Source of the DNA: Candidatus Hydrothermarchaeota archaeon
Lineage (GTDB): Archaea; CAYFZR01
Assembly: GCA_046760505.1 (NCBI GenBank)
Contig: JBHIEG010000033.1
Coordinates: 1 to 17,131 of the forward strand
Direction: 5' to 3'
Length of the DNA: 17,131 nucleotides
The notes under the pieces were generated by a model. It saw only the letters and a program-made list of their open reading frames with translations. It did no database searches and was not told the origin of the DNA. Shown here piece by piece: positions 8,994 through 16,930 of this stretch. Each line of letters opens with the position of its first letter. The stretch's first letter is position 1. The position numbers were made by a program, and so were the translations under genes.

Positions 8994-10346
8994 TTAAACC
9001 TTTCGGTATCTCTTCTCAATATGGTTTACAGCCATACTCTTTTTTCTGATTGCCCTTTCAGCCGCATCTGAGACTTTTTCTTTCATACCATTTAGATCAG
9101 GGGGTTTATGATCTACTATTTTCTTAACCTTTGTATATGCTGATTCTCTAAACATAGGTCTTATTTCTTCTTCTTTTCCCTCTTTAATCAATATTACTCC
9201 TCTTCCATTTTCCACATAGCCAACTTCATTGATTTTGACCCCTGTTTCCTCAACCACTCTCTTAACTTCTCTCGCGGTACTCTCTTCGGCAATTACTAGT
9301 AGTGAATCTAGGGAAACGCCTAGGTAATCGATATCTAAGTCCTTTAGCATTTCATAAACTTTTTTGTTCACGGTTCTTGCTATTTTTTCCTCTTCAAATA
9401 CCAATCTTACTCCCGCAGTAGTAGATATTTCATTTGCGTCTCCTCTAATACCGCCATTTGTAACATCTGCCATTGAATGTATCTTTTTTTGTAACCCTTC
9501 TTTTAGCAAGGCGTTACATGCGGTTATAAAATCTATGTTCAAAGTTTCCCTTACCACATCGAAGTATCCTGAGAATATCGCGGTTGTTGTTATGGTACCT
9601 CCTCCTGCTCCTTCTGTCATTAATATTACATCATTTGGCTCGGCAAACCTTCTCGCAGTAGGTCTATGATTTAAAGAGCCTACTGCTCCTACTGCGGAGA
9701 CCATTCTGTCTCCAATAACCATATCTCCTCCCACACGAAGAGTGCTACCTGCTATCAACGGAACATCAGCCAGTTCCGATACGGTGCATACCCCTGCTGT
9801 AAAATCGAATAGTTTTCCAATGTCCCCATCATCTGATAGATGCATATCACTTAGTAGCGCTATTGGTTTAGCGCCCATGACAAATATGTCTCTCAATGCA
9901 GCTCTAGTAACATGAAAGCCCGCTAGAAAAGGAAATTCGCTTAATCTGGAATGAGTACCATCTACCGAAACTGCTATGTATTTTCCATCATCTCTTATAA
10001 CACCTGCGTCATCCTGCTCTAAAGGATCCACCAGAACATTTTCTTTCTTGCCTATGATCTCTGCTATCTTTCTGTGTACGAAAAAGTCGCCCTCTCCTCT
10101 AGATCCAACACCCATTTCTCCCATCTTAACATTTGAAGATGGGAATGAAAATATCTCCCTCAGAAATTCATCTTCCGTATCAAATGCTCTTTCAGAAACC
10201 TCAACCTCTTCTATAATAGCCTTGGCAAATTTTTCTACATTCTTGTCTTCCTTGACTTGTGAGATTAATGAGATTAATTCTTTCAGGATCTCTTCTTTTT
10301 GTTTTCCTCTTCTCAATCCTCTTCTTGCGGTACCTTCTAGATCCAT
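8994..10346 (-). CDS. AIR synthase-related (PurM/HypE/SelD superfamily) archaeal protein, MJ0640-like
   Basis: 450 aa. Motifs MGEMGVGSRGEGDFFVH, QDDAG, VDGTHSRLS, RAALRD, GSTLRVGGDMV and DVTNGGIRGD, with an N-terminal helical extension typical of this archaeal subfamily. Confidence 0.88.
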   Translation of the reverse strand: MDLEGTARRGLRRGKQKEEILKELISLISQVKEDKNVEKFAKAIIEEVEVSERAFDTEDEFLREIFSFPSSNVKMGEMGVGSRGEGDFFVHRKIAEIIGKKENVLVDPLEQDDAGVIRDDGKYIAVSVDGTHSRLSEFPFLAGFHVTRAALRDIFVMGAKPIALLSDMHLSDDGDIGKLFDFTAGVCTVSELADVPLIAGSTLRVGGDMVIGDRMVSAVGAVGSLNHRPTARRFAEPNDVILMTEGAGGGTITTTAIFSGYFDVVRETLNIDFITACNALLKEGLQKKIHSMADVTNGGIRGDANEISTTAGVRLVFEEEKIARTVNKKVYEMLKDLDIDYLGVSLDSLLVIAEESTAREVKRVVEETGVKINEVGYVENGRGVILIKEGKEEEIRPMFRESAYTKVKKIVDHKPPDLNGMKEKVSDAAERAIRKKSMAVNHIEKRYRKV

Positions 10347-10463
10347 TCTAACAACTCTTAATCTTGTTGGGTTCTAGATATACCAATACATCTCTACTGA
10401 AAGAAGAATTTTTCTGATGGACTCAAATGTGACCTCAAGTTCCAATATGTTTTGACCGAGAAT

Positions 10464-10537
10464 TTTATTTTACCCAAGAAGAATTTATTTTACTCAAGAA
10501 GTAAATTTCATGAACAATTATCACAAATTTTATATAA
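10464..10537 (+). promoter_or_regulatory. Promoter of the activator/dehydratase operon: tandem 20-bp-period repeats plus TATA box
   Basis: TTTATTTTACCCAAGAAG (10464-10481) and TTTATTTTACTCAAGAAG (10484-10501). The second copy runs into the palindrome TTTACT-N5-AGTAAA (10489-10505). TTTTATATAA lies at 10528-10537 and an AGGTGG ribosome-binding site at 10558-10563. Confidence 0.6.
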
Positions 10538-10567
10538 TTCATTCATTATTGGCTTATAGGTGGAATC

Positions 10568-11359
10568 ATGACTCTGGTTGCTGGAGTCGATATCGGATCC
10601 ACAACTGCAAAAGCCTTAGTATTCAGCGATAGAGTTGAAGGGCATTCTATCTTACTAACCGGAGTTGATCCCAAATCTGCTGGAGAGAAGGCTCTAAATC
10701 TTGCTCTAGAAGATGCAAATTATAAAAGAAATGACCTAGAGTATGTGGTAGCGACTGGTTATGGTAGAATTTCCGCACCTTTTGCAAACAAGACGGTGAC
10801 AGAAATAACATGTCATGCAAAAGGCGCTCATTATCTTATTCCCGACGTCAGCACGGTGATCGATATTGGAGGACAAGACAGCAAGGCTATCAAAATAGAT
10901 GAAAGAGGCAACGTCATAGATTTTATCATAAACGATAAATGTGCAGCGGGAACAGGTCGCTTTCTGGAGTTCATATCCGAATATGTTCTCAACGTTCCCA
11001 TCGAAGAGTTAGGTAAAATTTCCCTGAATGCAACCAAAGAATGCAAAATTAGCAGCACATGCACAGTTTTTGCGCAAACAGAAGTCGTATCTCTCCTAGC
11101 AGATGGAGAAAAACCGGAAAACATCGTAGCAGGTCTACATTACGCCGTGGCTTCGAGAATAGGCTCCTTGGCAAAGCATATAGGTGCATCAGAGCCTTTA
11201 ATACTTACAGGGGGCGTAGCAAAGAATATTGGAGTAAAAAAGTCTTTAGAAAACTATTTGAATCTAAAAACAACTCAGATACCCAATAATTTTGACTCGC
11301 AGTTGGTAGGGGCTCTCGGAGCCGCGCTCATCGCTCGTGGTACGTTGAATCCGAAGTAA
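10568..11359 (+). CDS. hgdC: ATP-dependent [4Fe-4S] activator (HgdC/HadI/BadG ASKHA family, acyl-CoA dehydratase activase)
   Basis: 263 aa with motifs GVDIGSTTAK, ATGYGR, TEITCHAKGA, DIGGQDSK, NDKCAAGTGRF, SSTCTVFA, LTGGVAKN and GALGAA. Confidence 0.93.
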   Translation: MTLVAGVDIGSTTAKALVFSDRVEGHSILLTGVDPKSAGEKALNLALEDANYKRNDLEYVVATGYGRISAPFANKTVTEITCHAKGAHYLIPDVSTVIDIGGQDSKAIKIDERGNVIDFIINDKCAAGTGRFLEFISEYVLNVPIEELGKISLNATKECKISSTCTVFAQTEVVSLLADGEKPENIVAGLHYAVASRIGSLAKHIGASEPLILTGGVAKNIGVKKSLENYLNLKTTQIPNNFDSQLVGALGAALIARGTLNPK

Positions 11360-11393
11360 AGAAATATAAATCGTAGGGGGAGGGGAAGAAAGG

Positions 11394-12542
11394 ATGATTG
11401 AGAATTTTGATAGCCTACTTAAGGCTCGCCCAATGGAGATAAGCGAGGCTAAAAGTAAAGGAATTAAAGTTGTGGGATCTCTCTGCATGTATGTTCCTGA
11501 AGAAATAATTCATGCGAGTGGGCTTATTCCTATAAGACTGGCTCATGGCGGAGAGGTTGAAATTCAATCGGCCGGAGAAAGATATATTCGGCAATACGTC
11601 TGTCCATTTGCAAGGGCCTCAATAGGTTATAGAGCAGAAGAAGCCAATCCATACTATAAAAGCGTTGATGCACTTGCAGAAGCATATACATGCGATGCGA
11701 TGAGATATACTCTAGAATGCTGGCAACATTACTTTAAAATACCTACTTTCTTGCTTGGACTACCTAGGGCAATAGGAGGATCGGAATACTACAGATCACA
11801 AGCCTTAGAATACTTCATGAACGAGATAAAATGGTTCAAAAAAGAGCTTGAAAATCTTTCCGGAAAAGAGATAAGCGAGGCAAGCATAAAGGACTCTATT
11901 GATCTCTACAATTCTATACGGAAGCGTCTCCGTGAAATATATGATTACCTAAAGGAAGATAGCTCGCCAATAACTTGGGAAGATGCCTTCAAAACCGTTC
12001 ACGCAGGCTTTTACCTTGATGCAAAAAAATATCTCAACGCATTAGAGAAACTATGCGACGATCTTAGAGAAAAAGAAGGAGAAGAGAAGAAAGGGCCAAG
12101 ATTACTGATTACTGGGAGCATAATGGCTGCAGGAGACTACAAGATAATTGATATACTGAACAATATAGGCGGAAACGTTGTGGTAGATAATCTATGCACA
12201 GGCTCGAGGTATTTCTGGAACCTTGTTGAAAACTCTGGGGATCCAATTAGAGCGCTGGCAGATCGATACCTTAAATTACCGGCATGTGCACGCTCGCCTT
12301 ATGCAGAAAAGAGGCTAGAATTTTTATCTGACTTAATCAAAGACTACAGAGTCGATGGTGTAATCTACTATACCATAAAGTTCTGTGAGAGTTACGGTGA
12401 CGAAGCGCAATTGGTGAGAGATTACCTGAAAGAGAGGCATGGAATCCCAATGTACCATATCGACACAGAATATGGTGTAGCGGATGTTGGTCCAATTAGA
12501 ACAAGATTAGAGGCTTTCTTAGAGATGTTAGGAGGGAGTTAA
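11394..12542 (+). CDS. 2-hydroxyacyl-CoA dehydratase / benzoyl-CoA reductase HGD-D family subunit (HgdB/HadC/BcrC-like)
   Basis: 382 aa with motifs YVPEEIIHASG, VCPF, TCDAMR, LCTGSRYF, DGVIYYTIKFC and RTRLEAFLE. Confidence 0.88.
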   Translation: MIENFDSLLKARPMEISEAKSKGIKVVGSLCMYVPEEIIHASGLIPIRLAHGGEVEIQSAGERYIRQYVCPFARASIGYRAEEANPYYKSVDALAEAYTCDAMRYTLECWQHYFKIPTFLLGLPRAIGGSEYYRSQALEYFMNEIKWFKKELENLSGKEISEASIKDSIDLYNSIRKRLREIYDYLKEDSSPITWEDAFKTVHAGFYLDAKKYLNALEKLCDDLREKEGEEKKGPRLLITGSIMAAGDYKIIDILNNIGGNVVVDNLCTGSRYFWNLVENSGDPIRALADRYLKLPACARSPYAEKRLEFLSDLIKDYRVDGVIYYTIKFCESYGDEAQLVRDYLKERHGIPMYHIDTEYGVADVGPIRTRLEAFLEMLGGS

Positions 12543-12543
12543 G

Positions 12544-13797
12544 GTGGCTGAAGATATTTTACAAATACTGCCTGGCGTAGCGAAGGTGAGAGTTGATCAA
12601 GATCTTACTGGAATAGGAAAACTCATGGGACAGTGGTTCGAGTATCCAGAAATTTATAATGCAGAGCAAAAGGAGGGCAAAAAAATCGTTGTAGTTTGGC
12701 CACTAAATCCAACAGAACCCTACTTCGCTGCTGACGTAAATCCTTACGACATCTTGGGACATGAAGCAACATACCACGGACAACTAGAGGAAGATTTCGG
12801 AGAAAGAGAAGGAGGTAAGGCAATAAAAGCAGGTGAAGAGGCTGGACTCTCGGTAGATAGTTGTAGATTCAACTGCTGCTGGTACGGTGCCTTCATGACG
12901 GATAGTACTCTAGTCAAGCCAGATGCCTTTTCCATGTTCGTTGGACCATGGTGCGATAACGTAGCAAAATCATGGCAATTAGCAAGCACAAAAAAAGAAT
13001 TGCCCCTGCATGCTGTAGACACGCCTGTTTACCACCCAGATAAGGAAGATTGGGCCATTGATTATATGGTGAAGGAACTAGAAGACCTAATGGAGTGGTT
13101 AGCGAGAATATCGGGAAGAGAAACGACCGAGCAAGACCTTAAAGAGCAAATTAAAATACACAACGAGTGCAGAAAGATGCAGCAAGAAATAACCAAGTTC
13201 TTATCCCTATCAAAGGTTCCTATAAACGCATTAGACCATCATCTATCGCTTGCAATAAATGCAGACTGGTTTGGCAGTCCAGAAAAAGCACTAGATGCTT
13301 TAAAAACGCTTTATGATGAGGGTAACGAAAGGGCAAAGAAAGGCATAATGGCTCCAAACATAAGCGAGGATAATCCAAGAATATTCTGGATAGGTATGCC
13401 CACAACAGATTACCTCAAAACGTTTAGCCTCATCGAAGACCTCGGTGGAACTTACGTGGGTCAAGATGTCTATTGGACTAATTGTTACGATTTAATGGAT
13501 GAGAGAAAGGAACCTCTTGAAGCGATAGCCGAATGGACATGGAAAATGCCATACAATATTCCGACGGAATATAGGATGGAGGCAACGCTTCCCCTCATAA
13601 AGGAATCAAATCCGGATGGAGCCATATACTGCTGTAACTTCGGGTGTCATAACTGGGGATCTCCGGCTCTGATGATTAGAGACGTCCTCAAAGAAGAACT
13701 TGGAATTCCGACCTTAATATTAGATGCTACCGTACCTGCTGAACATGGACCTGAATTCAGGGAGAAAATTGGTTCTTTCATAGATATGCTGAAATAG
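12544..13797 (+). CDS. Second, divergent HGD-D family subunit (HgdA/HadB/BcrB-like)
   Basis: 417 aa, GTG start 1 nt after the previous stop, with a GGAGG ribosome-binding site. Motifs DSCRF, WCDNVAKSW, LEDLMEWLARISGR, DGAIY..FGCH and ELGIPTLILD. Confidence 0.8.
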   Translation: MAEDILQILPGVAKVRVDQDLTGIGKLMGQWFEYPEIYNAEQKEGKKIVVVWPLNPTEPYFAADVNPYDILGHEATYHGQLEEDFGEREGGKAIKAGEEAGLSVDSCRFNCCWYGAFMTDSTLVKPDAFSMFVGPWCDNVAKSWQLASTKKELPLHAVDTPVYHPDKEDWAIDYMVKELEDLMEWLARISGRETTEQDLKEQIKIHNECRKMQQEITKFLSLSKVPINALDHHLSLAINADWFGSPEKALDALKTLYDEGNERAKKGIMAPNISEDNPRIFWIGMPTTDYLKTFSLIEDLGGTYVGQDVYWTNCYDLMDERKEPLEAIAEWTWKMPYNIPTEYRMEATLPLIKESNPDGAIYCCNFGCHNWGSPALMIRDVLKEELGIPTLILDATVPAEHGPEFREKIGSFIDMLK

Positions 13798-13812
13798 GTT
13801 AAATTAAGAATT

Positions 13813-13836
13813 GGGGGTGCCTACCCCTTATTATTT
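13813..13836 (+). terminator. Hairpin plus T-rich tract after the hgd-like operon
   Basis: GGGGT-GCCT-ACCCC (13814-13827) followed by TTATTATTT, starting about 16 nt after the stop at 13797. Confidence 0.4.
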
Positions 13837-13961
13837 GATATTTCCTGAAATTCATCAGCCTTCAATTCCCTTATCTTTTAACTTACACTCGAGTAAATTT
13901 TCAATAACATAGTTGCAATCAAAATTTCAAACTGTAGTGGGATTACTAATAAATAATATAG

Positions 13962-13969
13962 TTTATAAA
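13962..13969 (+). promoter_or_regulatory. Putative TATA box for the MinD-like gene
   Basis: TTTATAAA about 24 nt upstream of the TTG at 13989. Confidence 0.4.
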
Positions 13970-13988
13970 TAACTAATGGGTTAAGTGT

Positions 13989-14723
13989 TTGGGCATCTCA
14001 ATCGTGGTGACAGGAAGAGGAGGAGTTGGTAAAACTACCGTGACCTCCAATTTAGGAGTGGCACTCTGTAAGTTGGATTTCAGTACTGTAGTGGTGGATG
14101 GTGACATCCATCTTCCCAACTTGGGTTTCCACTTCAAGTTGGAAATGGCAGAGAACAATCTTCATAAGGTATTAAACGGTGAAATAGCACTCGAACATTC
14201 TTTTTACGATCATCCATCGGGTGTGGTGGTTATACCGGGAAGCTCCATCATTGATGAATCTCTTACGGTAAGCACGAAAAGACTTCCTTCAATAATAGAG
14301 TCTTTAAGCTCCCAATTTGACTTCGTTTTGATAGATGCTCCACCCGGGATACCGCTTCCAATTATAGAGATACTTCCTTCATGCGATGCTCAATTGATAG
14401 TAGTCGAGTTAGGACGGTTTCCATTAGTAACAATAGAGGAACTGAGGAAAATTGGTAATGCTGCCAAAATGACAAATTTCGTCGTTGTAAATAAATATGA
14501 TGGCTCAGAACAAATGTTAAAGTCCTTTATAGCGCAGATAGATGATTATCTACCAATAATGGGCATAATACCGTACGACAAAAAGATTTCCTCTTCAATA
14601 AGGCTAGGCGTGCCCTATCTGTATTCTAATCCTAAAACTCATGTTTCAAGATGTTTCATCCAACTGGCTGAAGAGATCACTAAATGGAGACATGGGGTTA
14701 AGATAAGGAAGTTGGTTGGGTAA
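13989..14723 (+). CDS. minD: MinD/ParA-family ATPase with deviant Walker A (GRGGVGKTT)
   Basis: 244 aa, TTG start. Motifs GRGGVGKTT, VDGDIHLPNL, DFVLIDAPPG, VVNK and IPYD. Confidence 0.85.
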   Translation: MGISIVVTGRGGVGKTTVTSNLGVALCKLDFSTVVVDGDIHLPNLGFHFKLEMAENNLHKVLNGEIALEHSFYDHPSGVVVIPGSSIIDESLTVSTKRLPSIIESLSSQFDFVLIDAPPGIPLPIIEILPSCDAQLIVVELGRFPLVTIEELRKIGNAAKMTNFVVVNKYDGSEQMLKSFIAQIDDYLPIMGIIPYDKKISSSIRLGVPYLYSNPKTHVSRCFIQLAEEITKWRHGVKIRKLVG

Positions 14724-14725
14724 TT

Positions 14726-15091
14726 TTAGAGTAGAACTTCGACTAACATCACCATTCCTATGAGATCGCCCTTTCTGATGTCTGCTTCAATTCCTGCCAA
14801 AAACATGGCATAATCGACGTTGCGATCTTCATTCAAACGTTTCAAGGTGTCCTCTCCCACCGCGATAACATGTCCGTATGGATTTGTCGCGTAGAGGGTG
14901 TTTAGTAGTATGTATCCTGCTGGAATTTCTATTGGCCTGATCTTCAATGATTTTGCATGACCTTTTTCTATAGTTGCATCCTGGTCAGCAATTATGTGCT
15001 CTATACGAATGCGATCACTGATTACTCCTTCAAAGGATATATCTTCTACTTCCTCTCTCTTCAAATCAGTCCTTCTTAGTACCCTCACCAT
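14726..15091 (-). CDS. DUF22-like archaeal protein
   Basis: The pattern IIADQDATIEKG..IRPIEIPAGYI..NPYGHVIAVGE..IRKGDLIG resembles DUF22. The likely start is the ATG at 15091 with a GGTGA ribosome-binding site at 15101-15097 (track start 15103). Confidence 0.7.
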   Translation of the reverse strand: MVRVLRRTDLKREEVEDISFEGVISDRIRIEHIIADQDATIEKGHAKSLKIRPIEIPAGYILLNTLYATNPYGHVIAVGEDTLKRLNEDRNVDYAMFLAGIEADIRKGDLIGMVMLVEVLL

Positions 15092-15175
15092 TATCATCAC
15101 CAAAAGACAGAAAAGTCTTATTTTATTTATCTAACTTTCGCATAAGTATGGCATTCTTTTTCGTTAATCCGATGA

Positions 15176-15199
15176 TTATAAATATAGTTATGTTAGGAG
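15176..15199 (+). promoter_or_regulatory. TATA box and ribosome-binding site of the coiled-coil operon
   Basis: TTATAAAT at 15176-15183 and AGGAG at 15195-15199, before the ATG at 15207. Confidence 0.5.
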
Positions 15200-15206
15200 T
15201 AATTTT

Positions 15207-15857
15207 ATGCTCGACACCCTAATAAAAGAGAGAGAAAGAATTTTTAAGGATATTGGACGTCTACAAAAAGAATTAAACCAATATAATTCTCTTTGCATTG
15301 AAATTAAAACCGAAATAAAAGAAAGAAAAAAGGTTATGAAAGAAAAACTAGAAGAGGCTCAAAGGAGCAAAAATCAACGCGATAAAATTAACAAAGTAGT
15401 ATCCGATCTCAAAAATCAGCGCAATGAATTAAAGCAAATGATATTTTCAAACTCAAAAGAAATAACTTTATTGAAAGAGGAAAGAGATAAATTTATTGAA
15501 GGAGCCGATCTCAAACTAGAGAACTTGAGGAAAGAATATAAAAAGATTCTTAACATGTTACAACGGCTGGAACGTAAAGTAGAAACTAGCGTATTAACCA
15601 AAGAAAGGGAGAAAAAGTTAGTGGAAGAATCAAATAAACTAAGAACAAAATTAAAGAAATTAGAGAATGCAATGAAATTAGAAGATAAAATATGGATATT
15701 AAGAAAGAGAAATAAAGAATTGAAAGAAAAAGAGCAAAAATTATATAAGGAAATGGTAGAACATGTTGCTCAGGCGGAGCAATATCATAAAAAAATGCAA
15801 ATTTGTTACCAAGAAATAAATGAGAATAGAGACGTTGTAAAAAAAATTAAAAAATGA
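15207..15857 (+). CDS. Archaeal coiled-coil protein (COG1340-like), N-terminal part; interrupted by a +1 frameshift
   Basis: 216 aa of heptad-rich K/E/L sequence with family-like segments RDKINKVVSDLKNQRNEL, LERKVETSVLTKEREKKLVE and AQAEQYHKKM. It ends in A8-TT-A6-TGA. Confidence 0.75.
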   Translation: MLDTLIKERERIFKDIGRLQKELNQYNSLCIEIKTEIKERKKVMKEKLEEAQRSKNQRDKINKVVSDLKNQRNELKQMIFSNSKEITLLKEERDKFIEGADLKLENLRKEYKKILNMLQRLERKVETSVLTKEREKKLVEESNKLRTKLKKLENAMKLEDKIWILRKRNKELKEKEQKLYKEMVEHVAQAEQYHKKMQICYQEINENRDVVKKIKK

Positions 15858-16101
15858 CTTGTCAGACGTAGAGAGAAAGATAGAAATACTAAGAAAGCAT
15901 ATAAATGAAAACAAAAACGACTACTCTATTGTATGCAACAAGATTTCCGAAATAAGAATCAAACAAAAAATTAAAAAGAAGGAGGAAAGAGATAAGAAAA
16001 TTCGATTAAAAGCAGAAGAGATATTAAAAAAATTCAAAAAAGGGGGAAAACTCTCCACAGAAGAGTTTTTGCTCCTAAAAAGATTCGAACTCCTTGATTA
16101 A
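15841..16101 (+). CDS. COG1340-like protein, C-terminal part in the +1 frame
   Basis: The +1 frame is open from 15841 (TAA at 15838-15840) and encodes KAEEILKKFKKGGKLSTEEFLLL, the characteristic C-terminal motif of this family. There is no evident ribosome-binding site for the TTG at 15859. Confidence 0.7.
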   Translation, partial: KKLKNDLSDVERKIEILRKHINENKNDYSIVCNKISEIRIKQKIKKKEERDKKIRLKAEEILKKFKKGGKLSTEEFLLLKRFELLD

Positions 16102-16113
16102 GAGGCGTATTAA

Positions 16114-16530
16114 ATGGCGGCTATCCAAATCACGAAGATGCCTCAGGAATATGTTATGGCAATAATTATACTAGTTTTACTGTTTCTACTCTGGGCTATC
16201 CTAAGAGAGTTGAGGATCTCAAGGCAGTTAGGATTGCAGTTAGACGTAATGGACAGGCAAATAGAACTTAGAAAGATAGGACTCGTAGAAAGCGACCTCT
16301 TCCTGCGCAAGGTACATGACATGAAGATCTCTTTACCAAAGGAGAAAGAAGAAGAAATCAACAAACTTGAGAGAGAGACCTATGACCTAGCTAGGGAGTT
16401 GGCTGGCATTTACAACGAAGCAGAAGAAAGAATGAACCGTCTTGAACTGGAAATAGAGCTTAAAAGGATCAAAGAGATTTTAAAACAAATAGAAGAAAAA
16501 GAAAAGGAATTGCTCGGTGAAAGATTATGA
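16114..16530 (+). CDS. Hypothetical protein: single N-terminal transmembrane helix plus coiled coil
   Basis: 138 aa. Hydrophobic VMAIIILVLLFLLWAIL followed by E/K/L-rich heptads. GAGG lies upstream. Confidence 0.8.
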   Translation: MAAIQITKMPQEYVMAIIILVLLFLLWAILRELRISRQLGLQLDVMDRQIELRKIGLVESDLFLRKVHDMKISLPKEKEEEINKLERETYDLARELAGIYNEAEERMNRLELEIELKRIKEILKQIEEKEKELLGERL

Positions 16531-16919
16531 CTGGACTAGAATTATTTTTCTCCCTTGTCCTCTCAGGGTCGATACTGATATTCCTATTTCAGTTTTCTAA
16601 AAGGATAGATTGGAACTCCATTCAATTCAAGAATAGTTTGAAAGATGCAGGGGTCTCTTTGAAGAAGCACATAGTCACAGACAAGGAAACGCTTGCAGAA
16701 AGGATCGATAAATTCATAGAATCTAGAAGTTCAGAGCTTATCCAAGAATGGTCACTTGCAACCAAAGAAGATATAGAAAAAATAGAGATAAAAGTAGATG
16801 ACTTGGAAAAGCGCTTAACAGGTCTTGATAAGGGAATAAAAGAATTTAGAATTGAAATTTCAGAGAAAGTAAGTTCTCTAAGTGAAAGACTCAAAAAAAT
16901 TGAAGAGAGAACCACTTAA
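16527..16919 (+). CDS. Hypothetical protein: single N-terminal transmembrane helix plus coiled coil
   Basis: 130 aa, ATGA overlap with the previous gene, GGTGA ribosome-binding site. Hydrophobic LFFSLVLSGSILIFLF, then IQEWSLATKED followed by heptads. Confidence 0.8.
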   Translation: MTGLELFFSLVLSGSILIFLFQFSKRIDWNSIQFKNSLKDAGVSLKKHIVTDKETLAERIDKFIESRSSELIQEWSLATKEDIEKIEIKVDDLEKRLTGLDKGIKEFRIEISEKVSSLSERLKKIEERTT

Positions 16920-16930
16920 AATCAAAGAAC

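Noticed and set aside
10395-10460. Possible C/D box sRNA (TGATGG...CCGA)
   Set aside because: The boxes are degenerate and there is no terminal stem or clear D'/C' pair.
10464-10501. CRISPR-like repeat
   Set aside because: Two nearly abutting AT-rich copies with no spacer; better explained as operator sites or a local duplication.
11394-13797. Double-cubane cluster protein (DCCP) assignment
   Set aside because: Two different subunits are present, and several of the additional Cys positions I recall for DCCP are not evident. A heterodimeric Hgd/Bcr type fits better, though an alignment is needed.
13830-13860. Minus-strand CTGATGA...GAAA resembling a hammerhead ribozyme core or a C box
   Set aside because: The 7 nt between CTGATGA and GAAA cannot form stem II, there is no stem III/NUH arrangement, and no D box (CTGA) lies at a suitable distance.
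15855-15857. Selenocysteine or readthrough at the TGA ending the COG1340-like N-terminal ORF
   Set aside because: The homologous continuation is in the +1 frame, not in frame, and no SECIS-like hairpin was seen.
576-16915. Numerous short antisense or overlapping ORFs in the track (e.g. 576..974, 1112..1528, 2600..2965, 9976..10377, 16622..16915)
   Set aside because: They are shadows of well-supported genes on the opposite strand or in another frame, with no recognisable motifs or translation signals.
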